DNA of 64,000 bases from Eledone cirrhosa. Taxonomy: Eukaryota. The notes beneath the pieces are model-generated. The model was not told where the DNA came from, did no database searches, and worked only from the letters and a program-made list of their open reading frames with translations. Made by a program: the position numbers and the translations under genes. Position 1 is the first letter of the stretch. Each line of letters begins with the position of its first letter. Of the stretch, positions 43,913-55,500 are shown piece after piece. The stretch covers positions 20,584,001 to 20,648,000 of the forward strand of contig OZ024745.1 in the NCBI GenBank assembly GCA_964016885.1. Direction: 5' to 3'.

Positions 43913-45312
43913 CATCATCATCATCATCATCAACGTTTAACGTCCGTGTTCCATGCTTGCATGGGTTTGGACGGGGGTAGTCCCACTTGAGGCAAGAGTG
44001 ATTGTCTTGCTCGCATAGGACTGTCTGGCAGGTTTTCTACAGTTGGATGCCCTTCCTAACACCAACCACATTTACAGTGTGGGTCTGGGAGGTTTTTACC
44101 GTGTTGCCTACACGGCCACATTACAGCGTGGACTGTGTGTTTTTTTGTCGTGACACCTACACGATCTCATTTGTTTCGGCCTCGATGGCGCGGCACCAAC
44201 ATAATTTTACATAGAACGGGGTGGTGTGGATCGGGTGGGGGTGGTGGTGGTGGGACGGGGTGTATTTTGTTAGAGATGCCTACTGGCTGGAGTAGGTTTT
44301 ACTATATATTTAGGTAAGGCGGGTCTTCTCTGTTACTGAGTACCGCCAAAGGTCTCGGTCCAGTGACATTGTCTTGGAGAGGTGTAAGTGTGTGATGTCG
44401 GAGTTTATCAGCTCGTCCCAGGTTTTTCTAGGTCTGCCTATTCCGTGACTACCGTCTATCTTTATTGCCCTGCACTTTGTTATACAGCTATCGACTTTCA
44501 TGCGCATCACGTGTCCATACCAACGTAGCCTTCTCTCGAGTAAACAACATCTGATCCCTCTTATCTCTAATTTTTTCCTTAGTTCGTTTATGCTTTGCCG
44601 TTCACGTATATTACTGTTACACATCCAGCGGAGCATGCAAGCTTCGTTCCTCTCTAGTCTGCGTATATCCTCTGCACACAATGCCCAGGTCTCACTGCCA
44701 TGCAGCATTGCTGTTCGTATGCAGGCATCGTACAACCTGCCTTTCATTTTTAGTGAGAACCCTTTAGCAGCTAATAGTGGTATAAGCTCTCTGAACTTTT
44801 TCCAACCAGTTCTGACTCTAGCTACAGTACTTTCAGAGCACCCTCCCCCACTGCTGATTTTATCGCCCAGGTAACGGAAGCTGTCCACTATTTCTATAGA
44901 ACCCTCTGCGCAATTGAAAGAGCTAGTAGTTTGTGGGCACTTGCTGCTACTTATTGCACCAGAGCACCGGCCACATGTAAAATCTATGTTCTTAGTTAGC
45001 TTACCTGTGATCCCACTACATCTTTTATGCACCCATACTTTGCATTTAGGACATAAAATGGAGTTTCTACCTACGCCTTTCCTACACACCGAGCACGACC
45101 ATTTCCCAGAAGGGACCGCCGCCTTGTTTTCTTTCCTACAAACTAGTACTTTGGTCTTAGCCAGGTTAATTTTAAGTCCTTTTGACTCTAGGCCGTGCTT
45201 CCATGTTTGGAATTTCTTCTCTAGCTCGGCCATTGATTCCGCTATGAGTGTCAGGTCGTCTGCGTATAGGAGTTCCCATGGGCAGCCTGTCTTGAACTCC
45301 TCTGTTATAGCC
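43913..45312 (-). mobile_element. 5'-truncated RTE-clade LINE with PHD-like insertion and (GAT)n tail
   Basis: ELLYADDL, INLAKTKVL, CSVC..CPKC..HKRC..CGRC, FRYLGD, LHGSETW, RRLRWYGHVMR, GRPRKTW (open to 44310); 3' UTR ends GGACGTTAAACGTT(GAT)n. Confidence 0.9.
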
Positions 45313-45401
45313 TGTAATGATAACAACAATAATAATAACGACAACAACAATAATAATATACATATACATATACATATACACACACACGCACACACATAAG
45401 C

Positions 45402-45431
<30 letters not shown>

Positions 45432-45433
<2 letters not shown>

Positions 45434-45737
45434 GATAGCAACTAACAGCGCTGCGATCGAATGTGGCTTTTTAGCCCAGCCAATGATCTAAAATGTCTTG
45501 CACAGAGTCGGCAACCAAAACATTCACTGGGAATAGCCGGCTGTGGTTGGAGTTCGTGTACTTTTGCATGTCGCTTGAGCCCTCCTGCTGATTTACATTC
45601 TCTACCACATGTTTGGCAAGCATGATGAGTAGCATCTCCAATAGCAGCCTGGTAGTCAACCACTGGTCTTACTTTATGACTGCGAAGATGACTTTCGAGT
45701 CCAGCTTTGCTTAGGCAGAGTCTCGCACATACGCTGT
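45432..45737 (-). mobile_element. Three C2H2 fingers, probably the C-terminus of an RTE/BovB-like LINE ORF
   Basis: C..C...C.S.AGL.SH...H repeated three times; no TGEKP linkers; sits between microsatellites. Confidence 0.55.
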
Positions 45738-46004
45738 ATATATACACACCCATATACATATACATTTACATATATATATATATATATACATATATACATA
45801 TCTTTATATACATATACATATATATAGTTTTGCGAGGTTTTTGATATGAAATCGTGTGTCGAAACAAATATTGTTATACTTGGGGAGGGTCATATTTGTG
45901 TATTAATATTGCCAGAATTAATAACAGAACACACTCCCCAAGTATAACAATACATATATATACATATATATATATTTTTTTTTTCTTTCTTTTTTTGGGG
46001 GCGG

Positions 46005-46165
46005 GGGTGATCGATTAAATCGACCCCAGTGCGTTACTTGTACTTTATTTTATCGAACAGATATGGATGAAAGACAAAGCTTACTTCATTGGGATTTGAA
46101 CTCAGTACGTAAAGGGGCGCAACATTATGCCGCAAAGCATGTTGTCCGACGCTCTACCGATACGC
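46005..46165 (-). mobile_element. Nin/Deu-domain SINE
   Basis: TACTTTATTTTATCGA..GGATGAAAGACAAAG..GGGATTTGAACTC. Confidence 0.75.
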
Positions 46166-46387
46166 TGATAGTCGAACATATGAGAAGAAACAAAGTGTAC
46201 ATTATTTACTTGTAGTTTCTTCAACTGACCAGAAATAACTTAGATTGTTTGCGCATGTAACAGAAGAGTTATCCCGGATAAGTCTACAGTGGGTTACATT
46301 TGAACTTTGTACATAGTCAGCAATAAAACATAACTGGAGGATTTCATACTTCATATGATGTTCATGCCATTTTTTTAAAAGAGAATA

Positions 46388-46588
46388 TTCGAGTGGCGGC
46401 TGAATAGTTCATAGGCTGACAAAAGATATTCTCATGAAATGACCAAATGAGGTTTATTTTTCAATATAGTCCGTGGAAATAATAATTCAGTTATTAATAA
46501 AAGAGTTGAAATTAATGCATGCAAGATTTCACAGCCCTAGAATCAATCCTTCATAGTCAGCCTATGAACTTTTCAGCCAACCGTCGTA
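46388..46588. mobile_element. Mariner MITE directly adjoining the satellite
   Basis: TIRs CGAGTGGCGGCTGAATAGTTCATAGGCT / AGCCTATGAACTTTTCAGCCAACCGTCGTA. Confidence 0.8.
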
Positions 46589-46589
46589 C

Positions 46590-49500
46590 AGCAAGTTGTT
46601 ATTTAGCCCAGGTCAGCTTTAAACAGGTAGAACTATAGTCTATGGTGCCTGAGGCAAGTTGTTGTTATTTAGCCCAGGTCAGCTTTAAACGGGCAGGTCT
46701 ATAGTCTATGGTGCCTTAAGCAAGTTGTTGTTATTTAGCCCAGGTCAGTTTTAAACAGGCAGAACTATAGTCTATGGTGCCTTAAGCAAGTTGTTGTTAT
46801 TTAGCCCAGGTCAGTTTTAAACAGGCAGAACTATAGTCTATGGTGCCTTAAGCAAGTTGTTGTTATTTAGCCCAGGTCAGTTTTAAACAGGCAGAACTAT
46901 AGTCTATGGTGCCTTAAGCAAGTTGTTGTTATTTAACCCAGGTCAGCTTTAAACGGGCAGGTCTATAGTCTATGGTGCCTTAAGCAAGTTGTTATTTAGC
47001 CCAAGTCTGCTTTAAAGGGGCAGGTCTATAGTCTATGGTGTCTTAAGCAAGTTGTTGTTATTTAGCCCAGGTCAGCTTTAAACATGCAGAACTATAGTCT
47101 ATGGTGCCTTAAGCAAGTTGTTGTTATTTAGCCCAGATCAGCTTTAAACGGGCAGGTCTATAGTCCATGGTGCCTTAAGCAAGTTGTTGTTATTTAGCCC
47201 AGATCAGCTTTAAACAGGCAGAACTATAGTCTATGGTGCCTTAAGCAAGTTGTTGTTATTTAGCCCAGGTCAGCTTTAAACAGGTAGAACTATAGTCTAT
47301 GGTGCCTTAAGCAAGTTGTTGTTATTTAGCCCAGGTCAGCTTTAAACAGGCAGGTCTATAGTCTATGGTGTCTTAAGCAAGTTGTTGTTATTTAGCCCAG
47401 GTCAGCTTTAAACAGGCAGAACTATAGTCTATGGTGTCTTAAGCAAGTTGTTGTTATTTAGCCCAGGTCAGATTTAAACAGGTAGAACTATAGTCTATGG
47501 TGCCTTAAGCAAGTTGTTGTTATTTAGCCCAGGTCAGCTTTAAACAGGCAGGTGTATAGTCTATGGTGTCTTAAGCAAGTTGTTGTTATTTAGCCCAGGT
47601 CGGCTTTAAACAGGCAGAACTATAGTCTATGGTGCCTTAAGCAAGTTGTTGTTATTTAGCCCAGGTCAGCTTTAAACAGGCAGGTCTATAGTCTATGGTG
47701 TCTTAAGCAAGTTGTTGTTATTTAGCCCAGGTCAGCTTTAAACAGGAAGAACTATAGTCTATGGTGCCTTAAGCAAGTTGTTGTTATTTAGCCCAGGTCA
47801 GCTTTAAACAGGCAGGTCTATAGTCTATGGTGCCTTAAGCAAGTTGTTGTTATTTAGCCCAGGTCAGCTTTAAACAGGCAGGTCTATAGTCTATGGTGTC
47901 TTAAGCAAGTTGTTGTTATTTAGCCCAGATCAGCTTTAAACAGGCAGAACTATAGTCTATGATGCCTTAAGCAAGTTGTTGTTATTTAGCCCAGGTCAGC
48001 TTTAAACGGGCAGATCTATAGTCTATGGTGCCTTAAGCAAGTTGTTGTTATTTAGCCCTGGTCAGCTTTAAACAGGCAGAACTATAGTCTATGGTGCCTT
48101 AAGCAAGTTGTTGTTATTTAGCCCAGGTCAGCTTTAAACAGGCAGAACTTTAGTCTATGGTGCCTTAAGCAAGTTGTTGTTATTTAGCCCAGGTCAGCTT
48201 TAAAGGGCAGGTCTATAGTCTATGTTGCCTTAAGCAAGTTGTTGTTATTTAGCCCAGGTCAGCTTTAAACAGGCAGAACTATAGTCTATGGTGCCTTAAG
48301 CAAGTTGTTGTTATTTAGCCCAGGTCAGCTTTAAACAGGCAGAACTATAGTCTATGGTGTCTTAAGCAAGTTGTTGTTATTTAGCCCAGGTCAGCTTTAA
48401 ACAGGCAGAACTATAGTCTATGGTGCCTTAAGCAAGTTGTTGTTATTTAGCCCAGGTCAGCTTTAAACGGGCAGATCTATAGTCTATGGTGCCTTAAGAA
48501 AGTTGTTGTTATTTAGCCCTGGTCAGCTTTAAACAGGCAGAACTATAGTCTATGGTGCCTTAAGCAAGTTGTTGTTATTTAGCCCACGTCAGCTTTAAAT
48601 GGGCAGATCTATAGTCTATGGTGCCTTAAGCAAGTTGTTGTTATTTAGCCCAGGTCAGCTTCAAACAGGCAGAACTATAGTCTATGGTGCCTTAAGCAAG
48701 TTGTTGTTATTTAGCCCAGGCCAGCTTTGAAGGGCAGGTCTATAGTCTATGTTGCCTTAAGCAAGTTGTTGTTATTTAGCCCAGGTCAGCTTTAAACAGG
48801 TAGAACTATAGTCTATGGTGGCTTAAGCAACTTGTTATTTAGCCCAGTCATCTTTAAACGGGCAGCTCTATAGTCTATGGTGCCTTAAGCAAGTTGTTGT
48901 TATTTAGCCCAGGTCAGCTTTAAACAGGCAGGTCTATAGTCTATGGTGCTTTAAGCAAGTTGTTGTTATTTAGCCCAGGTCAGCTTTAAGCGGGCAGGTC
49001 TATAGTCTATGGTGTCTTAAGTAAGTTGTTGTTATTTAGCCCAGGTCAGCTTTAAACAGGCAGAACTATAGTCTATGGTGCCTTAAGCAAGTTGTTGTTA
49101 TTTAGCCCAGGTCAGCTTTAAACGGACAGGTCTATAGTCTATGGTGTCTTAAGCAAGTTGTTGTTATTTAGCCCAGGTCAGCTTTAAACAGGCAGAACTA
49201 TAGTCTATCGTGCCTTAAGCAAGTTGTTGTTATTTAGCCCAGGTCAGCTTTAAACGGGCAGGTCTATAGTCTATGGTGCCTTAAGTAAGTTGTTGTTATT
49301 TACCCCAGGTCAGCTTTAAACAGGCAGAACTATAGTCTATGGTGCCTTAAGCAAGTTGTTGTTATTTAGCCCAGGTCAGCTTTAAACGGGCAGGTCTATA
49401 GTCTATGGTGTCTTAAGCAAGTTGTTGTTATTTAGCCCAGGTCAGCTTTAAACAGGCAGAACTATAGTCTATGGTGCCTTAAGCAAGTTGTTGTTATTTA

Positions 49501-52500
49501 GCCCAGGTCAGCTTTAAACGGGCAGAACTATAGTCTATGGTGCCTTAAGTAAGTTGTTGTTATTTAGCCCAGGTCAGCTTTAAACAGGCAGGTCTATAGT
49601 CTATGGTGCCTTAAGCAAGTTGTTGTTATTTAGCCAAGGTCAGCTTTAAACAGGCCGGTCTATAGTCTATGGTGCCTTAAGCAAGTTGTTGTTATTTAGC
49701 CCAGGTCAGCTTTAAACAGGCAGGTCTATAGTCTATGGTGCCTTAAGCAAGTTGTTGTTATTTAGCCCAGGTCAGCTTTAAACGGGCAGAACTATAGTCT
49801 ATGGTGCCTTTAGCAAGTTGTTGTTATTTAGCCCAGGTCAGCTTTAAACGGGCAGGTCTATAGTCTATGGTGTCTTAAGCAAGTTGTTGTTATTTAGCCC
49901 AGGTCAGCTTTAAACAGGCAGGTCTATAGTCTATGGTGCCTTAAGCAAGTTGTTGTTATTTAGCCAAGGTCAGCTTTAAACAGGCCGGTCTATAGTCTAT
50001 GGTGCCTTAAGCAAGTTGTTGTTATTTAGCCCAGGTCAGCTTTAAACAGGCAGATATAGTCTATGGTGCCTTAAGCAAGTTGTTGTTATTTAGCCCAGGT
50101 CACCTTTAAACGGGCAGAACTATAGTCTATGGTGCCTTAAGCAAGTTGTCGTTATTTAGCCCAGGTCAGCTTTAAACGGGCAGAACTATAGTCTATGGTG
50201 CCTTAAGCAAGTTGTTGTTATTTAGCCCAGGTCAGCTTTAAATAGGCAGGTCTATAGTCTATGGTGCCTTAAGCAAGTTGTTGTTATTTAGCCCAGGTTA
50301 GCTTTAAACGCGCAGGTCTATAGTCTATGGTGCCTTAAGTAAGTTGTTGTTATTTAGCCCAGGTCAGCTTTAAACGGGCAGGTCTATAGTCTATGGTGCC
50401 TTAAGCAAGTTGTTATTATTTAGCCCAGGTCAGCTTTAAACAGGCAGGTCTATAGTCTATGGTGCCTTAAGCAAGTTGTTGTTATTTAGCCCAGGTTTGC
50501 TTTAAACAGGCAGAACTATAGTCTATGGTACCTTAAGCAAGTTGTTGTTATTTAGCCCAGGTCAGCTTTAAACGGGCAGAACTATAGTCTATGGTGCCTT
50601 AAGCAAGTTGTTGTTATTTAGCCCAGGTCAGCTTTAAACGGGCAGAACTATAGTCTATGGTGCCTTAAGTAAGTTGTTGTTATTTAGCCCAGGTTAGCTT
50701 TAAACGGGCAGGTCTATAGTCTATGGTGCCTTAAGTAAGTTGTTGTTATTTAGCCCAGGTCAGCTTTAAACGGGCAGGTCTATAGTCTATGGTGCCTTAA
50801 GCAAGTTGTTGTTATTTAGCCTAGGTTTGCTTTAAACAGGCAGAACTATAGTCTATGGTACCTTAAGCAAGTTGTTGTTATTTAGCCCAGGTCAGCTTTA
50901 AACGGGCAGGTCTATAGTCTATGGTGTCTTAAGCAAGTTGTTGTTATTTAGCCCATGTCAGCTTTAAACGGGCAGGTCTATAGTCCATGGTGCCTTAAGC
51001 AAGTTGTTGTTATTTAGCCCAGATCAGCTTTAAACGGGCAGGTCTATAGTCCATGGTGCCTTAAGCAAGTTGTTTTTATTTAGCCCAGATCAGCTTTAAA
51101 CAGGCAGAACTATAGTCTATGGTGCCTTAAGCAAGTTGTTGTTATTTAGCCCAGGTCAGCTTTAAACAGGTAGAACTATAGTCTATGGCGCCTTAAGCAA
51201 GTTGTTGTTATTTAGCCCAGGTCAGCTTTAAACAGGCAGGTCTATAGTCTGTGGTGTCTTAAGCAAGTTGTTGTTATTTAGCCCAGGTCAGCTTTAAACA
51301 GGCAGAACTATAGTCTATGGTGTCTTAAGCAAGTTGTTGTTATTTAGTCCAGGTCAGCTTTAAACAGGTAGAACTATAGTCTATGGTGCCTTAAGCAAGT
51401 TGTTGTTATTTAGCCCAGGTCAGCTTTAAACAGGCAGGTCTATAGTCTATGGTGTCTTAAGCAAGTTGTTGTTATTTAGCCCAGGTCAGCTTTAAACAGG
51501 CAGAACTATAGTCTATGGTGCCTTAAGCAAGTTGTTGTTATTTAGCCCAGGTCAGCTTTAAACAGGCAGGTCTATAGTCTATGGTGTCTTAAGCAAGTTG
51601 TTGTTATTTAGCCCAGGTCAGCTTTAAACAGGCAGAACTATAGTCTATGGTGCCTTAAGCAAGTTGTTGTTATTTAGCCCAGGTCAGCTTTAAACAGGCA
51701 GGTCTATATTCTATGGTGCCTTAAGCAAGTTGTTGTTATTTAGCCCAGGTCAGCTTTAAACAGGCAGGTCTATAGTCTATGGTGTCTTAAGCAAGTTGTT
51801 GTTATTTAGCCCAGATCAGCTTTAAACAGGCAGAACTATAGTCTATGGTGCCTTAAGCAAGTTGTTGTTATTTAGCCCAGGTCAGCTTTAAACGGGCAGA
51901 TCTATAGTCTATGGTGCCTTAAGCAAGTTGTTGTTATTTAGCCCTGGTCAGCTTTAAAAGGGCAGGTCTATAGTCTATGGTGCCTTAAGCAAGTTGTTGT
52001 TATTTAGCCTAGGTTTGCTTTAAACAGGCAGAACTATAGTCTATGGTACCTTAAGCAAGTTGTTGTTATTTAGCCCAGGTCAGCTTTAAACGAGCAGGTC
52101 TATAGGCCATGGTGCCTTAAGCAAGTTGTTGTTATTTAGCCCAGATCAGCTTTAAACGGGCAGGTCTATAGTCCATGGTGCCTTAAGCAAGTTGTTTTTA
52201 TTTAGCCCAGATCAGCTTTAAACAGGCAGAACTATAGTCTATGGTGCCTTAAGCAAGTTGTTGTTATTTAGCCCAGGTCAGCTTTAAACAGGTAGAACTA
52301 TAGTCTATGGCGCCTTAAGCAAGTTGTTGTTATTTAGCCCAGGTCAGCTTTAAACAGGCAGGTCTATAGTCTATGGTGTCTTAAGCAAGTTGTTGTTATT
52401 TAGCCCAGGTCAGCTTTAAACAGGCAGAACTATAGTCTATGGTGTCTTAAGCAAGTTGTTGTTATTTAGTCCAGGTCAGCGTTAAACAGGTAGAACTATA

Positions 52501-55500
52501 GTCTATGGTGCCTTAAGCAAGTTGTTGTTATTTAGCCCAGGTCAGCTTTAAACAGGCAGGTCTATAGTCTATGGTGTCTTAAGCAAGTTGTTGTTATTTA
52601 GCCCAAGTCAGCTTTAAACAGGCAGAACTATAGTCTATGGTGCCTTAAGCAAGTTGTTGTTATTTAGCCCAGGTCAGCTTTAAACAGGCAGGTCTATAGT
52701 CTATGGTGTCTTAAGCAAGTTGTTGTTATTTAGCCCAGGTCAGCTTTAAACAGGCAGAACTATAGTCTATGGTGCCTTAAGCAAGTTGTTGTTATTTAGC
52801 CCAGGTCAGCTTTAAACAGGCAGGTCTATAGTCTATGGTGCGTTAAGCAAGTTGTTGTTATTTAGCCCAGGTCAGCTTTAAACAGGCAGGTCTATAGTCT
52901 ATGGTGTCTTAAGCAAGTTGTTGTTATTTAGCCCAGATCAGCTTTAAACAGGCAGAACTATAGTCTATGGTGCCTTAAGCAAGTTGTTGTTATTTAGCCC
53001 AGGTCAGCTTTAAACGGGCAGATCTATAGTCTATGGTGCCTTAAGCAAGTTGTTGTTATTTAGCCCTGGTCAGCTTTAAACAGGCAGAACTATAGTCTAT
53101 GGTGCCTTAAGCAAGTTGTTGTTATTTAGCCCAGGTCAGCTTTAAACAGGCAGAACTATAGTCTATGGTGCCTTAAGCAAGTTGTTGTTATTTAGCCCAG
53201 GTCAGCTTTAAAGGGCAGGTCTATAGTCTATGTTGCCTTAAGCAAGTTGTTGTTATTTAGCCCAGGTCAGCTTTAAACAGGCAGAACTATAGTCTATGGT
53301 GCCTTAAGCAAGTTGTTGTTATTTAGCCCAGGTCAGCTTTAAACAGGCAGAACTATAGTCTATGGTGTCTTAAGCAAGTTGTTGTTATTTAGCCCAGGTC
53401 AGCTTTAAACAGGCAGAACTATAGTCTATGGTGCCTTAAGCAAGTTGTTGTTATTTAGCCCAGGTCAGCTTTAAACGGGCAGATCTATAGTCTATGGTGC
53501 CTTAAGCAAGTTGTTGTTATTTAGCCCTGGTCAGCTTTAAACAGGCAGAACTATAGTCTATGGTGCCTTAAGCAAGTTGTTGTTATTTAGCCCAGGTCAG
53601 CTTTAAACAGGCAGAACTATAGTCTATGGTGCCTTAAGCAAGTTGTTGTTATTTAGCCCAGGTCAGCTTTAAAGGGCAGGTCTATTGTCTATGTTGCCTT
53701 AAGCAAGTTGTTGTTATTTAGCCCAGGTCAGCTTTAAACAGGTAGAACTATAGTCTATGGTGGCTTAAGCAACTTGTTATTTAGCCCAGATCATCTTTAA
53801 ACGGGCAGCTCTATAGTCTATGGTGCCTTAAGCAAGTTGTTGTTATTTAGCCCAGGTCAGCTTTAAACAGGCAGGTCTATAGTCTATGGTGCTTTAAGCA
53901 AGTTGTTGTTATTTAGCCCAGGTCAGCTTTAAACGGGCAGGTCTATAGTCTATGGTCTCTTAAGTAAGTTGTTGTTATTTAGCCCAGGTCAGCTTTAAAC
54001 AGGCAGAACTATAGTCTATGGTGCCTTAAGCAAGTTGTTGTTATTTAGCCCAGGTCAGCTTTAAACGGACAGGTCTATAGTCTATGGTGTCTTAAGCAAG
54101 TTGTTGTTATTTAACCCAGGTCAGCTTTAAACAGGCAGAACTAGAGTCTATCGTGCCTTAAGCAAGTTGTTGTTATTTAGCCCAGGTCAGCTTTAAACGG
54201 GCAGGTCTATAGTCTATGGTGCCTTAAGTAAGTTGTTGTTATTTACCCCAGGTCAGCTTTAAACAGGCAGAACTATAGTCTATGGTGCCTTAAGCAAGTT
54301 GTTGTTATTTAGCCCAGGTCAGCTTTAAACGGGCAGAACTATAGTCTATGGTACCTTAAGCAAGTTGTTGTTATTTAGCCCAGGTCTGCTTTAAACGGGC
54401 AGGTCTATAGTCTATGGTGCCTTAAGCAAGTTGTTGTTATTTAGCCCAGGTCAGCTTTAAACGGGCAGAACTATAGTCTATGGTGCCTTAAGCAAGTTGT
54501 TGTTATTTAGCCCAGGTCAGCTTTAAACGGGCAGAACTATAGTCTATGGTGCCTTAAGCAAGTTGTTGTTATTTAGCCCAGGTCAGCTTTAAACAGGCAG
54601 AACTATAGTCTATCGTGCCTTAAGCAAGTTGTTGTTATTTAGCCCAGGTCAGCTTTAAACGGGCAGGTCTATAGTCTATGGTGCCTTAAGTAAGTTGTTG
54701 TTATTTACCCCAGGTCAGCTTTAAACAGGCAGAACTATAGTCTATGGTGCCTTAAGCAAGTTGTTGTTATTTAGCCCAGGTCAGCTTTAAACGGGCAGGT
54801 CTATAGTCTATGGTGTCTTAAGCAAGTTGTTGTTATTTAGCCCAGGTCAGCTTTAAACAGGCAGAACTATAGTCTATGGTGCCTTAAGCAAGTTGTTGTT
54901 ATTTAGTCCAGGTCAGCTTTAAACGGGCTGAACTATAGTCTATGGTGCCTTAAGTAAGTTGTTGTTATTTAGCCCAGGTCAGCTTTAAACAGGCAGGTCT
55001 ATAGTCTGTGGTGCCTTAAGCAAGTTGTTGTTATTTAGCCAAGGTCAGCTTTAAACAGGCCGGTCTATAGTCTATGGTGCCTTAAGCAAGTTGTTGTTAT
55101 TTAGCCCAGGTCAGCTTTAAACAGGCAGGTCTATAGTCTATGGTGCCTTAAGCAAGTTGTTGTTATTTAGCCCAGGTCAGCTTTAAACGGGCAGAACTAT
55201 AGTCTATGGTGCCTTAAGCGAGTTGTTGTTATTTAGCCCAGGTCAGCTTTAAACAGGCAGGTCTATAGTCTATGGTGCCTTAAGCAAGTTGTTGTTATTT
55301 AGCCCAGGTCAGCTTTAAACGGGCAGAACTATAGTCTATGGTGCCTTAAGCAAGTTGTTGTTATTTAGCCCAGGTCAGCTTTAAACGGGCAGAACTATAG
55401 TCTATGGTGCCTTAAGCAAGTTGTTGTTATTTAGCACAGGTCAGCTTTAAACAGGCAGGTCTATAGTCTATGGTGTCTTAAGCAAGTTGTTGTTATTTAG

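Noticed and set aside
45442-45765. Host C2H2 zinc-finger gene
   Set aside because: No canonical linkers; start lies in a microsatellite; pattern matches LINE C-terminal fingers
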